A program made the position numbers and the translations under genes. Source: Candidatus Portnoybacteria bacterium RBG_13_40_8 (lineage in GTDB: Bacteria > Patescibacteriota > Minisyncoccia > RBG-13-40-8-A). Taken from it: a stretch of DNA of 45,253 nucleotides. The notes beneath the pieces were generated by a model. That model ran no database searches and was not told the origin of the DNA. It saw nothing but the letters and a program-made list of their open reading frames with translations. The stretch spans positions 1-45,253 of the forward strand of contig MHMT01000012.1 of the NCBI GenBank assembly GCA_001819435.1. Reading direction: 5' to 3'. How positions within the stretch are numbered: position 1 is the first letter of the stretch; each line of letters starts with the position of its first letter. Shown here one piece after another: positions 44,911 through 45,253 of this stretch.

Positions 44911-45253
44911 ATGGCTAAATTATATATTATCGCAACACCAATCGGTAATTTAAAGGATATTTCTATTCGGGCTTTGCACGTTCTGGAAGAAGTTGATTTA
45001 ATTTTATGCGAAGATACGCGGGTAAGCAAAAAATTGCTCGATTATTATAACATTAAAACTTTAGTTGAAAGCTATCATCAGCATAGCAATATTAAAAAAT
45101 TAGAATATATTAAAAATTTATTAAAACAAGGTAAAAACCTGGCCTTGGTTTCCGATTCTGGTACGCCCGGAATTTCCGACCCGGGGAATAAGTTAATAAG
45201 TATATTAGTAGGTGAGTCGGTGAGTAATTTAGAGATTATTCCGATTCCGGGTC
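44911..45253 (+). CDS. rsmI: 16S rRNA C1402 2'-O-methyltransferase, 3'-truncated by the window (absent from the ORF track)
   Basis: Manual translation: MAKLYIIATPIGNLKDISIRAL...LCEDTR...ALVSDSGTPGISDPG. Confidence 0.93.
   Translation, partial: MAKLYIIATPIGNLKDISIRALHVLEEVDLILCEDTRVSKKLLDYYNIKTLVESYHQHSNIKKLEYIKNLLKQGKNLALVSDSGTPGISDPGNKLISILVGESVSNLEIIPIPG

Noticed and set aside
45211-45226. GGTGAGTC-GGTGAGTA tandem in rsmI as another repeat invasion
   Set aside because: Only two units at the window edge; insufficient evidence

Overview
AT-rich bacterial window whose gene content and style suggest Patescibacteria/CPR, probably Parcubacteria (inference). The left half (1-24.7 kb) is a surface-protein island: a 5'-truncated giant repetitive protein (>=4994 aa; beta-helix-like repeats, S74-type chaperone motif, Cys-rich repeat), a PsbP-like protein, a four-helix-bundle (4HB) gene, a triple-LamG protein, a 1488-aa Gly-rich secreted protein and a frameshifted O-antigen-ligase-family gene. 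The right half is mostly housekeeping: EndoQ-like PHP nuclease, DedA, half-MFS, DUF1858, polX, VanZ, smpB-ssrA, a second 4HB gene, infC-rpmI-rplT, argS, a His-phosphatase, ileS, recO, glyQS, an M16 peptidase, an AI-2E transporter and rsmI. The most striking unexplained signal is a family of imperfect palindromic elements built from 7-nt (sometimes 9-10-nt) units with a shared grammar. They occupy most gene boundaries between 15 and 31 kb. One copy carries a 4HB gene as cargo between its arms while near-identical neighbours are empty. Short unit arrays also sit in frame in coding sequences, and one lies at the ligase frameshift. A second element (ACGCAGAT decamers around a variable GC hairpin) sits in frame in three unrelated genes. 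No transposase, integrase or reverse transcriptase was recognised in the window. Family assignments come from motif recognition only; no searches were run.
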